Positions 44,244-54,536 of a stretch of 64,000 bases of DNA are shown piece by piece. The DNA is from a virus, in IMG/VR virus record IMGVR_UViG_3300025133_000024; one strand, 5' to 3'. The notes under the pieces are model-generated. The model was given only the letters and a program-made list of their open reading frames with translations. It did no database searches and had not been told where the DNA came from. How positions within the stretch are numbered: position 1 is the first letter of the stretch; each line of letters opens with the position of its first letter. Made by a program: the position numbers and the translations under genes.

Positions 44244-47108
44244 TTATTCATATGCATTGTTTATTGCTTTGGTAACAGCATCTCGAAAACTTCTCTTTGT
44301 CGCATCAATATCCATAAAATTAACATCAACTGTTACTTGAACCGGAGTTTTCTTCTTGTTCTCCATTCTAGCAATTAATTCATCAAGTTTATCTGTTACA
44401 ATTTGATTTGAATTGTTAAAGACATCTTCATCGGACGTTTTTGAAAAGCCATTGATTATTTTGTTATTCTCTGATGTGACCGTATTTAATTTATTTGATG
44501 TCGTGGTCATCTTTTCCATCTGAGGAAGTATACTCGTAATTTGAGCACTATAATTTTTTGTTCCTTCTGCCAAAACATCATTAATTTCCCATAAAGCAGG
44601 TGAACCTTTTGTTGTTCCTGCTTTATGAAGTTTCTTTGAGGTTATTGCTGTTTTATTAACCTTTGGTGTTAACTTATCCAAAGACCTTGAATGCATATCC
44701 GCATGTTCCGCTTGCACTTTATCCATTTCCCATAAAGCAGGTGAACCTTTTGTTGTTCCTGCTTTATGAAGTTTCTTTGAGGTTATTGCTGTTTTATTAA
44801 CCTTTGATGTTCCTGTTTTATGAAGTTTCTTTGAGGTTATTGCTACCTTATTAACCTTTGGTGTTAACTTATCCAAAGACCTTGAATGCATATCCGCATG
44901 TTCCGCTTGAACTTTGTCCATTTCCCACAAAGCTGGTGAACCTTTTGTTGTTCCTGCTTTATGAAGTTTCTTTGAGGCTATTGCTGTTTTATTAACCTTT
45001 GGTGTTAACTTATCCAAAGACCTTGAATGCATATCCGCATGTTCCGCTTGAACTTTGTCCATTTCCCACAAAGCTGGTGAACTTCTTTTTTTCTTAACAC
45101 CAAACAAAGCCTTCCACGCCTTTATCACAACCCATATCGTGGCAGCAATAGCAGCAAGCACACCCGCAAACAACAACAATGGACCCACAAAGCCCCAAAC
45201 CGCCGGAATCCCAGCCCACATTGTTGCAATTAATCCTTTTTTTGCTACTATTGCTACTCCCGTTGCCGTTGTCATACCTGCTGTTGCCATCATTTGAAGT
45301 GATGTCGCCGCTGTACTTGCCATTGTTGCAACAGTTGCAGCCGTTGTTGCTGCAAACCAACCAGTTTTTGCGATTATTAATTTGGTTATGACTATAGCAA
45401 GTAAAACAATGACCCATGTCCACCCCTTAAAATAAGATAATAAACTAGAAACCAAATCAACAACCTGATTTAACAACCAAACTACTGGCTGAACAGCAAC
45501 AGCAAGATTTTGCCACAATATCTTCCATTTTTGCATAAATGTGTTTGAATGTTTTATTGCTGCATTGAATTTCTCTTGGTTTTCTTTTGCTTTTTCTGCT
45601 TTTGCCTGATGAACAGCCAATTCATCCATGTTCATATTGAACAATCTCATGGCAACATTCATGTCTTTGATTCCTGCTGCATTTGCAATTGCTAACCTCT
45701 CAAACCTCCCCATATCAGCAAATCTTTTACCAGATAATTGCAAACCCCTCACAATCATTTGGATTCTTTCTCCTTCTTTGGCCCTCAATAAATCAATGGA
45801 ATTAAACATGTCCCTTCCGAGAATAGCATTTAATTTACCTGCCACCTCAGCACTTTGCTCAAAGGTGTTCATCGATTCACCAAAAATACCCAACAAAGTC
45901 TTTGCTTCAACCCCTGTAGTTTTAAACACAGCCTGGAGATTCTTAAACACCTCAATCCCTTTCTTGCCATGCACAGCCAATTCCGGAAATGTCTCCTGGA
46001 AACTTGTTTGCACTTTTGCAACATCAATATTTAAATCTTGTGCCACAGCAGTTATCTCAAGCATCTGCCCTTTAGCACCGGAAAGAGACATCTGGAGAGC
46101 CAACGAGAGATTGTCAAGGGTAGAGGCTGTGGTGTCATTTTGAACGCCCAACATGGACATCCTAGAAGCAAATAAAACTAATTCTTTTCGCCCCTCGGAG
46201 GATATTTTGGTTAGGTTAGTTAGATTTTTGTATAATGCTTTGAAGGATTCGTTTGTTTCTGAGAGTCCTAATCCAAATTCTCTATTGGAGATTGATGATT
46301 CGTATAATTCATCTTCATACTTTCTTTGTTGACCTGTGACAGAAGCAAGTGCAGCAGCTTGTGATTCTAGTTCAAGAACGACATTTTTGGAAGCTGTGTA
46401 GATTTTTCCTAAAATTGCTGGTATGGTAATCATCGACATAAAACCTTTTGCGATGTTTGTGACAGCAAATGAAGCTTTTTCCAAAAACTTCATATCAGTT
46501 TTATTAAGATTATCAAAAAATTTAGAGGAATTTTTGGAAATGTTTAGGAATTGTGAGGCTAAGTCTTTTCCTTTGTTTAATAAGAATTCTTGAGATTCTT
46601 TGAGAGGTTTATATAAGTCTAATGTTTTTTCTAATTCTTTTACCATATTTTTATGAATGTCAAGTTGGTCTTGTAAAGCAACAGAGGAAGCAGTAAGTTT
46701 TACTTTCTGTGTCTCTAATAAAGGAATTTGACTTGTTAAAGTCTTTAACCTGACATCTTCCTGATAAGAGAGTTCGCCTGTTGTATACCATTTATCATCT
46801 AAGAGTTTTTGAGCTTCTTTAGTTTTCTTTATTTTTTCTTCAATTTGTTCTAAAAGTGTGTTATTTGATTTTTTTTCGTTTTCAAGGGCTTTGGCAGCGG
46901 CTTGAGCAACAACCAATCTTTGTTCTTCTATTTCTTTGGCAAGTTTTGTTTTGTCAAGAATATCTGAAGTGAAAATAAGTTCTTTTTCTTTTTGCTTTAG
47001 AAGTTTTAACTGTTCTTTACTAAGATTTTCATATGATGTTCTTAAAGCTTCAAAAGCATCTTTATTTTTTGATAATTCTGCTTCAATTTCTTCTACTGTC
47101 TTTGACAT
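44244..47108 (-). CDS. Tape measure protein
   Basis: 954 aa, coiled-coil, Ala-rich hydrophobic segment, position after tail chaperone. Confidence 0.85.
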   Translation of the reverse strand: MSKTVEEIEAELSKNKDAFEALRTSYENLSKEQLKLLKQKEKELIFTSDILDKTKLAKEIEEQRLVVAQAAAKALENEKKSNNTLLEQIEEKIKKTKEAQKLLDDKWYTTGELSYQEDVRLKTLTSQIPLLETQKVKLTASSVALQDQLDIHKNMVKELEKTLDLYKPLKESQEFLLNKGKDLASQFLNISKNSSKFFDNLNKTDMKFLEKASFAVTNIAKGFMSMITIPAILGKIYTASKNVVLELESQAAALASVTGQQRKYEDELYESSISNREFGLGLSETNESFKALYKNLTNLTKISSEGRKELVLFASRMSMLGVQNDTTASTLDNLSLALQMSLSGAKGQMLEITAVAQDLNIDVAKVQTSFQETFPELAVHGKKGIEVFKNLQAVFKTTGVEAKTLLGIFGESMNTFEQSAEVAGKLNAILGRDMFNSIDLLRAKEGERIQMIVRGLQLSGKRFADMGRFERLAIANAAGIKDMNVAMRLFNMNMDELAVHQAKAEKAKENQEKFNAAIKHSNTFMQKWKILWQNLAVAVQPVVWLLNQVVDLVSSLLSYFKGWTWVIVLLAIVITKLIIAKTGWFAATTAATVATMASTAATSLQMMATAGMTTATGVAIVAKKGLIATMWAGIPAVWGFVGPLLLFAGVLAAIAATIWVVIKAWKALFGVKKKRSSPALWEMDKVQAEHADMHSRSLDKLTPKVNKTAIASKKLHKAGTTKGSPALWEMDKVQAEHADMHSRSLDKLTPKVNKVAITSKKLHKTGTSKVNKTAITSKKLHKAGTTKGSPALWEMDKVQAEHADMHSRSLDKLTPKVNKTAITSKKLHKAGTTKGSPALWEINDVLAEGTKNYSAQITSILPQMEKMTTTSNKLNTVTSENNKIINGFSKTSDEDVFNNSNQIVTDKLDELIARMENKKKTPVQVTVDVNFMDIDATKRSFRDAVTKAINNAYE
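44584..45082. repeat. 141-bp (47-aa) tandem repeats in tape measure C-terminus
   Basis: SPALWEMDKVQAEHADMHSRSLDKLTPKVNKTAITSKKLHKAGTTKG x3 plus a 54-bp partial unit. Confidence 0.95.
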
Positions 47109-47152
47109 AAAATTGTTCTCATGTTATTCTTCAATAATAACTAATCAGATAC

Positions 47153-47175
47153 AAAAAAAGGCTGGTTATCCAGCC
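47153..47175 (-). terminator. Rho-independent terminator
   Basis: GGCTGG-ATAA-CCAGCC followed by T7 on minus. Confidence 0.75.
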
Positions 47176-47189
47176 CAATTTTATTTTTG

Positions 47190-47366
47190 TTATTTTTTCA
47201 TTTCTTCGTTTTGTTTTTCGATTTCTTGCAAAAGTCTTTTTAAAAACCATGTTCGAATCTTTATTGGAAGGTTATATGCTTCAATAAATGACCAACCTCC
47301 ATGATATTTTAACAAAAACAGTTGTTCATAAACTTGCTTAATATATTCATTACTCAGGCCAAAAAA
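47190..47366 (-). CDS. Frameshift extension of tail assembly chaperone (G-T type)
   Basis: FFGLSNEYIKQVYEQLFLLKYHGGWSF..YNLP...R.W; entered at the T7 run, no credible own start. Confidence 0.65.
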   Translation of the reverse strand, partial: FFGLSNEYIKQVYEQLFLLKYHGGWSFIEAYNLPIKIRTWFLKRLLQEIEKQNEEMKK

Positions 47367-48201
47367 AGTCCTTGGTGATGGGCACCTCCAGCAACCCATC
47401 ATAATCACACTCATTGCATGATACTTCGCCTTCAATCACAACTGAAGGACTTATCTGTGAATAAACATCCATAATTAACCTAGCTTCATACAAAGACACA
47501 GCATTTACAAATTGATTAATCAAACCTTTATCTGTATCTCCCTCAACCGCAACTATAATTTGTTTCAATCGATTCGTGAAGTGTTTTTCACCTTTCTTGT
47601 GCTTTTTTTGTTTTTCTGAGATTTTGAATAAATGACTGTCATCTTCACCTGTTAACAACCTAAACTCAACCTGCAATTTTAATCTTGGAAGGTTCATCAA
47701 AAAAGTCTTCTGAGGGGTCATCTCAACATTTAATTCTTCCGGTGTTTTCTGCTCTTTGTTGTAAAAAACGTTCTCTTCCAAGTCCGTTTCAACATTCACC
47801 AATTCACCACAAGAAGGGCAAGTTGTTTGTGTCTCATATAACTCACCAAAACCCGATTTTCTTGCCTCAATCAAAAGTGCTGTCCTATCCGCATCCAACA
47901 ACCAACGTGAATTGATTTTCTTGTCTTGAATAAGGTTTTGAAGCAATTTATCAAAAGCAAGACCCTTTTTTAGTAGAGTCTTTGATGTTAAAATATCTTC
48001 TTCTTTTGCTGTCATATGTTTTAGTTCAATTTGTTCCAAACCATGTAACATGTGACCTTCGGGATAATACTTCCCTTCAGAAGGTAACTCAACAATCTCT
48101 GTTGGCACAGCAAATTGAAAAGACTTTTTTTGTTCTTCTACCATAAGTGGAGGAGCTTCATGACCCTCTTTAAAATTAAATCTATCTTCGTTGTTTCTCA
48201 T
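47350..48201 (-). CDS. Tail assembly chaperone / gp26-like baseplate protein
   Basis: VELPSEGKYY, MTAKEEDIL, DR..LL..R..GFG, CPSC and CNEC; between tube and tape measure. Confidence 0.7.
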   Translation of the reverse strand: MRNNEDRFNFKEGHEAPPLMVEEQKKSFQFAVPTEIVELPSEGKYYPEGHMLHGLEQIELKHMTAKEEDILTSKTLLKKGLAFDKLLQNLIQDKKINSRWLLDADRTALLIEARKSGFGELYETQTTCPSCGELVNVETDLEENVFYNKEQKTPEELNVEMTPQKTFLMNLPRLKLQVEFRLLTGEDDSHLFKISEKQKKHKKGEKHFTNRLKQIIVAVEGDTDKGLINQFVNAVSLYEARLIMDVYSQISPSVVIEGEVSCNECDYDGLLEVPITKDFFWPE

Positions 48202-48215
48202 AAATCACCAAATGT

Positions 48216-48755
48216 TTAAGTTAAGAGGAGAGGGCTATTTCTCGAAGTAGGCAATAAATCAGCCCAATCATAACGAATAACCAAATCAACTGTGGTTAGG
48301 TTATCATCTTCATATGAAAGTTCTGAAAATGTGGGGTCTTTAAGCCAAGCATTATGAAGTTCCCATTCTTCAACAGCATTCCCATCAGAATCAATAAGTT
48401 CAATAAGAACGGTGTTTAAAGCAGCATGGGCACGGTTTTTGCCGATGGTTACGCGACTGTTGGGGTTAACAGGAATTTGATAACCACTTTTTAACTTCAA
48501 CTCTTCAATTGCTTGTGCAATATCAGGTTCAGTTGGGTCAACAACTGTAATTGTTACAGTATCCCATTGAACTCTACCTGGAAAATAGAATTCATAGTTT
48601 AGATAAGCATGTTTTACTTCTGTAGTTGTGAATTTGGGTCTGGAAACCTTCTTTGCATAAAACATGGTCCCACCAAATTCGGGGGCACCAACAGTTACCA
48701 GAAACCTAAATGCCCTTTTGGGGTCTTTTTGAGTTGCGTCTGTCCAAAATGACAT
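48216..48755 (-). CDS. Tail tube protein (T4 gp19-like)
   Basis: KVSRPKF, YFPGRVQWDTVTIT, EEWELHNAW, LSYE, RYDWA. Confidence 0.85.
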   Translation of the reverse strand: MSFWTDATQKDPKRAFRFLVTVGAPEFGGTMFYAKKVSRPKFTTTEVKHAYLNYEFYFPGRVQWDTVTITVVDPTEPDIAQAIEELKLKSGYQIPVNPNSRVTIGKNRAHAALNTVLIELIDSDGNAVEEWELHNAWLKDPTFSELSYEDDNLTTVDLVIRYDWADLLPTSRNSPLLLT

Positions 48756-48793
48756 TTTATAATCCTCTAAATATTATAAAAAAAAATGTGAAT

Positions 48794-48826
48794 AAAAAAT
48801 GGGTGAGATTTTTTAGGTCTCACCCA
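48794..48826 (-). terminator. Rho-independent terminator after sheath gene
   Basis: TGGGTGAGA / TCTCACCCA stem followed by T6. Confidence 0.7.
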
Positions 48827-48836
48827 ATAAATAGAA
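48827..48836 (-). promoter_or_regulatory. Putative late promoter motif
   Basis: TTCTATTTAT upstream of tube gene. Confidence 0.4.
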
Positions 48837-48859
48837 TTATTTAACGAAATCGTTATAAA

Positions 48860-51832
48860 TTAATCCTCAAATGATGCTCCGGTATTGCTAATAACAAAAT
48901 CAATAGCAATATATTCAATAGAACGAGCAGGTTTGAGCATGATTTTAGCGTACATAATGTTTCTATCAATCAAATCAGCAGTTGTTGTTGATTGGTCCAA
49001 AACAACTTTAAAATCACTTAATCCAAAACGAGTTTGAATACTTCTGAGATAAGGCTCCACTTGACCTTTAAATCTTACCCAAGTTGACTTTACATTATTA
49101 TCAAACAATAGGGTTTTTGCAATTGTTGAAATTCTCTTTTTTGCCAAAATCATTAATCGACGAACATTAATTCTGTCTAATGCAGATGGTGTCACTTGCA
49201 GAGTCTTTTGACCCATGATAACAATACCTTCATTAGGGAAATGTGCAATCGGGTTAATATTTGCCTCATACAGTTTATCACGGTCTTCTTTAGTCAGTTT
49301 TTCTTTCACACCAACAACAGGAAGTCCAGCAACACCCAAAGACAAACCACCTCGATTAAAACCAGCAGGTGCAAACCAAGGCTCACTCTTTGCATCTGTC
49401 GTTGCAAATGTTCCCAAAGCAACAACTGAAGGAGGCACATCAACAATATTATCATTAATAGTATCTCGGATTTTTACCCAAGGATAAAAAGCACAACCAT
49501 AGCTGTTATTGATGCCGCGATTCTTAAGGTTTGTGATTGTCGTGTCAACATCACCCCTACGTCCACTCTCAGCAGTTGTATTTTCAGTTGGAGGGACATA
49601 ATCACCTTCCAAATCAATAACAGCTAAGGCATCAGACCTTTTATCACAAATATCAAGCAATTTACGAGTCAATGACTCATTCGAAATACCAGGAATTGCA
49701 GCAACATCATATTCAACAACTTCACTATCTGAAACTGCATCTAAAGCTCTTTGAACACTATGATAAGCATAGTTGGTTGTTTCTGTTCCGTTTAGGGTCT
49801 TGGAGTTTCTAAAAGGTTCCTTCTCAGCCACATCAAGACCATCAAAACCACCATATACAGGTAATGTGAACTTGTTGAAGCCGGAATCTAATACAACTTC
49901 ATAAGAAGATGTTGAAGAAGCAGCTAACGGAGAAACAGAACCAATTGCAGTGATTGATTGTCCCAAGACACGAGAACCACTCTCATATGTTGCATCAGCA
50001 TAATAAACGCTTGATGCAGAATATTGACGAACATCATCCAAAGAGAAGTAATATGATGTTTCAACACCAGTTGAGTCTTCATCATAATTTTCTGGTAATG
50101 CTCTAACAATATCCATGTGGTTCTTTGCTAGAAGTCTTGTAGAACCATTTCTATAAACATTGATACCAAAATAAGCATCTGTAGGTTTGGTTGTGTTTAC
50201 TTCTGAAGCAGTAAGAATTAACGGATGTTTGGGGAAAGCAAATGATGCTGTTACATTGTCAACATCAAGTCTATGAAGAATTGAGGATGCATCGTTAATC
50301 CCCATTGTTAAGCCTTCTCCACCAAAATGACTGCCTGAAGGAGCATGTGGCATTGAACCAGAACCACGAACGAAACCGGCATTTGATACAAATGTAGAAT
50401 CTGTTGTTCCCCTTCTATGCATCCCTACTTTTTTAAACCTTGGAGTTCCATAGAAACCAAAAGGAAGTAACCTTGGGTCTGTAAGAGCTTGCTTCACATC
50501 CTCAGCAATTTCAACATAAAAGAATTTGGAGTTGTTGTCATAATCACCATACTCAACATATGCTCTTTTGGTATAATTCCACTCTCTATATTTATCACCA
50601 ATTTTCTTTCCAATATAATTTGGCGCAAATGGATTTAATGAACAGTTTGCAAAGTATTCAACAACTTTTTTGCTTTGGTCATTATCATCAACTTTACGAA
50701 TCTCAACATCAAACACACCATATTGGTCACTTTGATTTTTGGAAGCTTTAATATTAGAAATTGAAACTTTTAGATTTTTTTGTTCCCAATCACCAGCCGT
50801 TAATGAATTAAAACGGAACAATTTAGGCATATTTTGGGGCATATAGGCTGCTGGAGTCAAAGATAAATCTTGTCCAAAAATCCAACCTGATTTTGAACGC
50901 TTTCCTTTAAACTGAAAATCACCACCATGGGCAGAACCAGAAAGAAGTGGAACAATAACACCATAAACAGAACCAGCACTTGAACCTGAGGGGACTTGCC
51001 GAACAACAAAATCTTCATATGACGGTCCTAACCAATATTTTGCATAATTGGGTGAGGAAGTGTCAATGATTGTGCTGTTTGTTAAGATTGGATTTGTGTT
51101 AAAGACTTTTCTAATGAATCGATTAGAATCTTCATTAAAATTGAATGAAGCTGTGAGGGATGAACCACCTTCGTCAATAATCGCAGTAAAAGTTTTATCT
51201 GTATCTGTGCTTTCAATAAGTTGACCAGAACCAGACAATTCAGGGTTTTGTCCTGTTGCAACCGTTGCAGTGTTTAAACCATAAGTTGTCTCACCTGATA
51301 AACGAATTGAAGAACCTTGTTTCATGTAGAAAATAGCCGCTAATGCACCTGTCATTGCTGAATCAGTATTAGAAACAAAATCTTCATAGGAACCAGAGTT
51401 AATAACAAATAACCCATAAGCTCCTGCATTTGTGGAAAGAAGAGTTGTTGGCGTGAAGTTGCCATCTTGAGGCCAACCTGCAACACCAGCAGAAGTTGCA
51501 TTTTCATGTTGGTCGCCAAGCAAACGAACAAATGTTGCTGGACCTTTAGATTTTAGATAGGCTTGCATTGCATAAGCACCATAAGTAGGTGCAGAGTAAT
51601 TTCCATCTCTCCAGATGTCATTATTTAATGTTCCACCACCTGCGATGGGTTCACCGAATGTTTCAAAGAAGTCTGAAACTGATTCAACTTGAACTGGAAT
51701 AAGACCTGGACCCCTCTCGGAACGACCAATTACTAACGCTCCAATTCCATTTCTACTACGTGGTCTAGTTGTTAAATCAACTTCTCTTGTCTGTACACTC
51801 GGAGAAACAAATTTATATTTTCTTGTGGGCAT
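48860..51832 (-). CDS. Contractile tail sheath protein (gp18-like)
   Basis: FVSPSVQTREVD, YPWV, PPS, WFAPAGFNRG, LYEANINPI, GQKTLQ, LDRINVRRL. Confidence 0.96.
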   Translation of the reverse strand: MPTRKYKFVSPSVQTREVDLTTRPRSRNGIGALVIGRSERGPGLIPVQVESVSDFFETFGEPIAGGGTLNNDIWRDGNYSAPTYGAYAMQAYLKSKGPATFVRLLGDQHENATSAGVAGWPQDGNFTPTTLLSTNAGAYGLFVINSGSYEDFVSNTDSAMTGALAAIFYMKQGSSIRLSGETTYGLNTATVATGQNPELSGSGQLIESTDTDKTFTAIIDEGGSSLTASFNFNEDSNRFIRKVFNTNPILTNSTIIDTSSPNYAKYWLGPSYEDFVVRQVPSGSSAGSVYGVIVPLLSGSAHGGDFQFKGKRSKSGWIFGQDLSLTPAAYMPQNMPKLFRFNSLTAGDWEQKNLKVSISNIKASKNQSDQYGVFDVEIRKVDDNDQSKKVVEYFANCSLNPFAPNYIGKKIGDKYREWNYTKRAYVEYGDYDNNSKFFYVEIAEDVKQALTDPRLLPFGFYGTPRFKKVGMHRRGTTDSTFVSNAGFVRGSGSMPHAPSGSHFGGEGLTMGINDASSILHRLDVDNVTASFAFPKHPLILTASEVNTTKPTDAYFGINVYRNGSTRLLAKNHMDIVRALPENYDEDSTGVETSYYFSLDDVRQYSASSVYYADATYESGSRVLGQSITAIGSVSPLAASSTSSYEVVLDSGFNKFTLPVYGGFDGLDVAEKEPFRNSKTLNGTETTNYAYHSVQRALDAVSDSEVVEYDVAAIPGISNESLTRKLLDICDKRSDALAVIDLEGDYVPPTENTTAESGRRGDVDTTITNLKNRGINNSYGCAFYPWVKIRDTINDNIVDVPPSVVALGTFATTDAKSEPWFAPAGFNRGGLSLGVAGLPVVGVKEKLTKEDRDKLYEANINPIAHFPNEGIVIMGQKTLQVTPSALDRINVRRLMILAKKRISTIAKTLLFDNNVKSTWVRFKGQVEPYLRSIQTRFGLSDFKVVLDQSTTTADLIDRNIMYAKIMLKPARSIEYIAIDFVISNTGASFED

Positions 51833-51877
51833 TCATCTATATCTCCATACGATAAAATAATATAATAATAATCAAAC

Positions 51878-51887
51878 ATAAATAGTT
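51878..51887 (-). promoter_or_regulatory. Putative late promoter motif
   Basis: AACTATTTAT about 46 nt upstream of sheath start. Confidence 0.5.
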
Positions 51888-51938
51888 GATGTTATTTTCA
51901 AACAAACTTGATATATTATTAAAAACTAATGTTAATAA

Positions 51939-53669
51939 CTAATTATAATAATTTTGATATATTGGATTGTCTAAAATATATTCTTTCAAGTCATCTTCTT
52001 TTAATAATTTTAACAAAACTGCTATTGGAGTATGAAGATTACTTGCGACCCAAGTTTTTACATCTAAATTATTATCTTGAGATAATTTTTCTAGAAGATC
52101 TGGTTGCATAGTTGTTCTTGCGACTTTTGCTCGAATATTAATAGATTCATCATTTGATAGTTTTGATAATATATATTCTGATACATTCTGTTCGGATAAT
52201 GTTGCTCGTCTAACAAGTTCATCTTCATCTTCGGAAAATATTTCTAAAATATCTAAGGGTAATTGTTGGTGATACAATAATTGTATTTTTAAACTTGTGT
52301 CGCCAACTTTAGCTAAATACCTCATTAAATTATGAGATAAATTAGGATTTTGTGCAATATATTTAGCAACAATTGGCATTCTAGCTAAGTTTTCCAAAAT
52401 TTCTTCTGGAACGTTGGGGTTCTTTGCAAGATTCATTAATATTCTTGGATGTAACTCGTCTTTGTACAGCTTTAATAAAATGTCTGAAGGAGTAGCTATG
52501 TTTGAGGCGAGTCCTTGTTTGACTGCAACAATTTCGTAATTAACAAATTCATACATCAATTCAATAGGTAAATTAGGATTCCTTGCTAGAGAACGAAGAA
52601 CAATTTTATTTGTGTCGTTACTTAAATAAGTTAATATTTTAACAGGCGTTTTAGGGTTTCTTGCAATTCCTCGCCTAATCTCATAGTTATCATCTTGAGC
52701 AGCTTCCCAAAAAAACGCTACCATACCTTTTGTATCAATTGTTTTCTTTGTTTTTAACAAAAACTCTTTTGTCCATGGAAAATACCCTATGTGTTCGTAC
52801 AAGAAAATAATATAGTATTTTTTATCAACACCTAACTGTAACAATAAATTATGCAACAAGATTTGCTGCTCTTTTGGTAAATCATCATCATCAGAATCTT
52901 TAAATTGAGGCTCTTCTTTGTCGTTTCCATAAGAAATTTGAAAAAGTTCATCTGTTTCTAAATTTTTAAAGTAAAACAAAGGTGAAAATGGACGATAATA
53001 CGTTTCAAAATGATTTTCTTCAGGATTTGCTGTACACCATTCTGTCTCTAAACCGTAAGAGCAAGCGGCGTTTTTAGTGTGCAATGCAGCAATAAACCAA
53101 CCCTCATGGTTTTCCGAGAAAACTTCTACTTCACCATGAACATCTGTTAGTCTTTCACGCCTAAAGAGCATTATGGCATCATCTGCTTCTTTTGTAACTT
53201 CCCCTAGTGTCTCAAATGTTAAAGCAGATAAATCCTTTTCAGACATTAAATCTCGATAACCAAAATATTTTTCAAGTTGTCTTCGAATACTTTCAACAAA
53301 TTTATCAAAGTTTTGATAATACCAGCTAAAATCTTGAACTGAGGATTGTTGAATTTGTTTTGCCATCCAAATTACAGAGGTGGAGCGTTCTGTTTCTCCC
53401 CTAGTCTGTTCTTCTGTGCCATCAGGGGATGATTTAAGGGAGTCAATATCAATATTTTCGAGCATTTTGTATAATATTGATATTTGCCTATTCCATTCGT
53501 TTTCATCTAATGGTTCTTGGTTGTTTTGTTGTAAGGTGTAGTTAATTCCTTTGAATTTTTTACCCATTACTTTTTTTAATTTATCAAATGCTGAAGATAA
53601 ACTAACAGCCTCTAACAACACTCTTTGTATTTCTTCTTTTATGAGTTGTTTGATAATATTATTGGTCAT
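51939..53669 (-). CDS. Putative head-packaged protein with LRV/HEAT-like repeats
   Basis: IKQLIKEEI leader; EWCT motif; repeated A.NP..P..IL..L units. Confidence 0.7.
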   Translation of the reverse strand: MTNNIIKQLIKEEIQRVLLEAVSLSSAFDKLKKVMGKKFKGINYTLQQNNQEPLDENEWNRQISILYKMLENIDIDSLKSSPDGTEEQTRGETERSTSVIWMAKQIQQSSVQDFSWYYQNFDKFVESIRRQLEKYFGYRDLMSEKDLSALTFETLGEVTKEADDAIMLFRRERLTDVHGEVEVFSENHEGWFIAALHTKNAACSYGLETEWCTANPEENHFETYYRPFSPLFYFKNLETDELFQISYGNDKEEPQFKDSDDDDLPKEQQILLHNLLLQLGVDKKYYIIFLYEHIGYFPWTKEFLLKTKKTIDTKGMVAFFWEAAQDDNYEIRRGIARNPKTPVKILTYLSNDTNKIVLRSLARNPNLPIELMYEFVNYEIVAVKQGLASNIATPSDILLKLYKDELHPRILMNLAKNPNVPEEILENLARMPIVAKYIAQNPNLSHNLMRYLAKVGDTSLKIQLLYHQQLPLDILEIFSEDEDELVRRATLSEQNVSEYILSKLSNDESINIRAKVARTTMQPDLLEKLSQDNNLDVKTWVASNLHTPIAVLLKLLKEDDLKEYILDNPIYQNYYN

Positions 53670-53672
53670 ATA

Positions 53673-54527
53673 CTACATTCTGTATTTTTTTATTAGATTT
53701 GTGTGCTCTGGAGAGTCTTCGGTTATTGTTCTTTCTCTTTGAATCTTAAACTCTACAGCATTTTCTCTTAATGTTTTCTTGGGATACTTATCATTTTTAT
53801 TACTTCCCATCAAATAACCTAAAGTTCTTATGTTTATCACACTTTCAAACTTTCTTTCTTCCTCACCCATACTAGAAACATTATTTTCTTGACCAAAAGA
53901 GGGCTCAAAGAAACATTCATATTTGTGACCTTCATGGTTAATAAAGAAGCTTGTTATTTGACCAGCATGAACGATAAATGGTTGCAATAATTCATTTATT
54001 TGTTGTTGGTGTTCTGTCTTTACATTGATTTGATAATTAATTTTTAACCATACTGGTAGAGGAAATGTATATAAATAATTTACTGGCGGCTTTTCTTTTT
54101 TTGTTCTAAAATTGATTTGACCTTGACCAACATTTCCTTCACTTGTTCTATAAGACTGAGCATTAGCAAAATTGGACGTTTTGTCTTGATTTAATATTTT
54201 TGCACCAATAAATGTTCCACCTTTATAATCAGGAACATTGGGCATATGAGCCTGAACAATTCCTTTAAAAGAAGGGTCTTTGTCCATAGATGTTCTCTCA
54301 ACAGTTATTAAAGGAAGAATCAAAGACCCTTCTTTATCGCGGATTTCCTTGTTTTGTTTTATTTGTGCAACTCTTTCTGAGGAAACCCATAACACATTGG
54401 TTTTTTCCCATCCATTGTGTGTTGTGCAGTGAAGATTCATTTCTTCATCAAGCCAACGATAGAAGGCATAATCAATTGTTTCTATTGTAGATGGCTGAAA
54501 TATAATTTCTTTAGTGTTGTGTGACAT
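53673..54527 (-). CDS. Tail completion / terminator protein (gp15-like, putative)
   Basis: STIETID.A, ER..QIK, LILPLITVER, position in neck module. Confidence 0.55.
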   Translation of the reverse strand: MSHNTKEIIFQPSTIETIDYAFYRWLDEEMNLHCTTHNGWEKTNVLWVSSERVAQIKQNKEIRDKEGSLILPLITVERTSMDKDPSFKGIVQAHMPNVPDYKGGTFIGAKILNQDKTSNFANAQSYRTSEGNVGQGQINFRTKKEKPPVNYLYTFPLPVWLKINYQINVKTEHQQQINELLQPFIVHAGQITSFFINHEGHKYECFFEPSFGQENNVSSMGEEERKFESVINIRTLGYLMGSNKNDKYPKKTLRENAVEFKIQRERTITEDSPEHTNLIKKYRM

Positions 54528-54536
54528 GTTAGTGTT

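Noticed and set aside
1347-45082. Repeats as CRISPR arrays (1347, 36425, 43771, 44584)
   Set aside because: Repeats are contiguous without unique spacers, lie in frame within genes, and no cas genes are present.
47367-47435. Independent start of ORF 47190..47435
   Set aside because: The upstream part overlaps the chaperone gene in another frame without an RBS; it is better explained by frameshifting.
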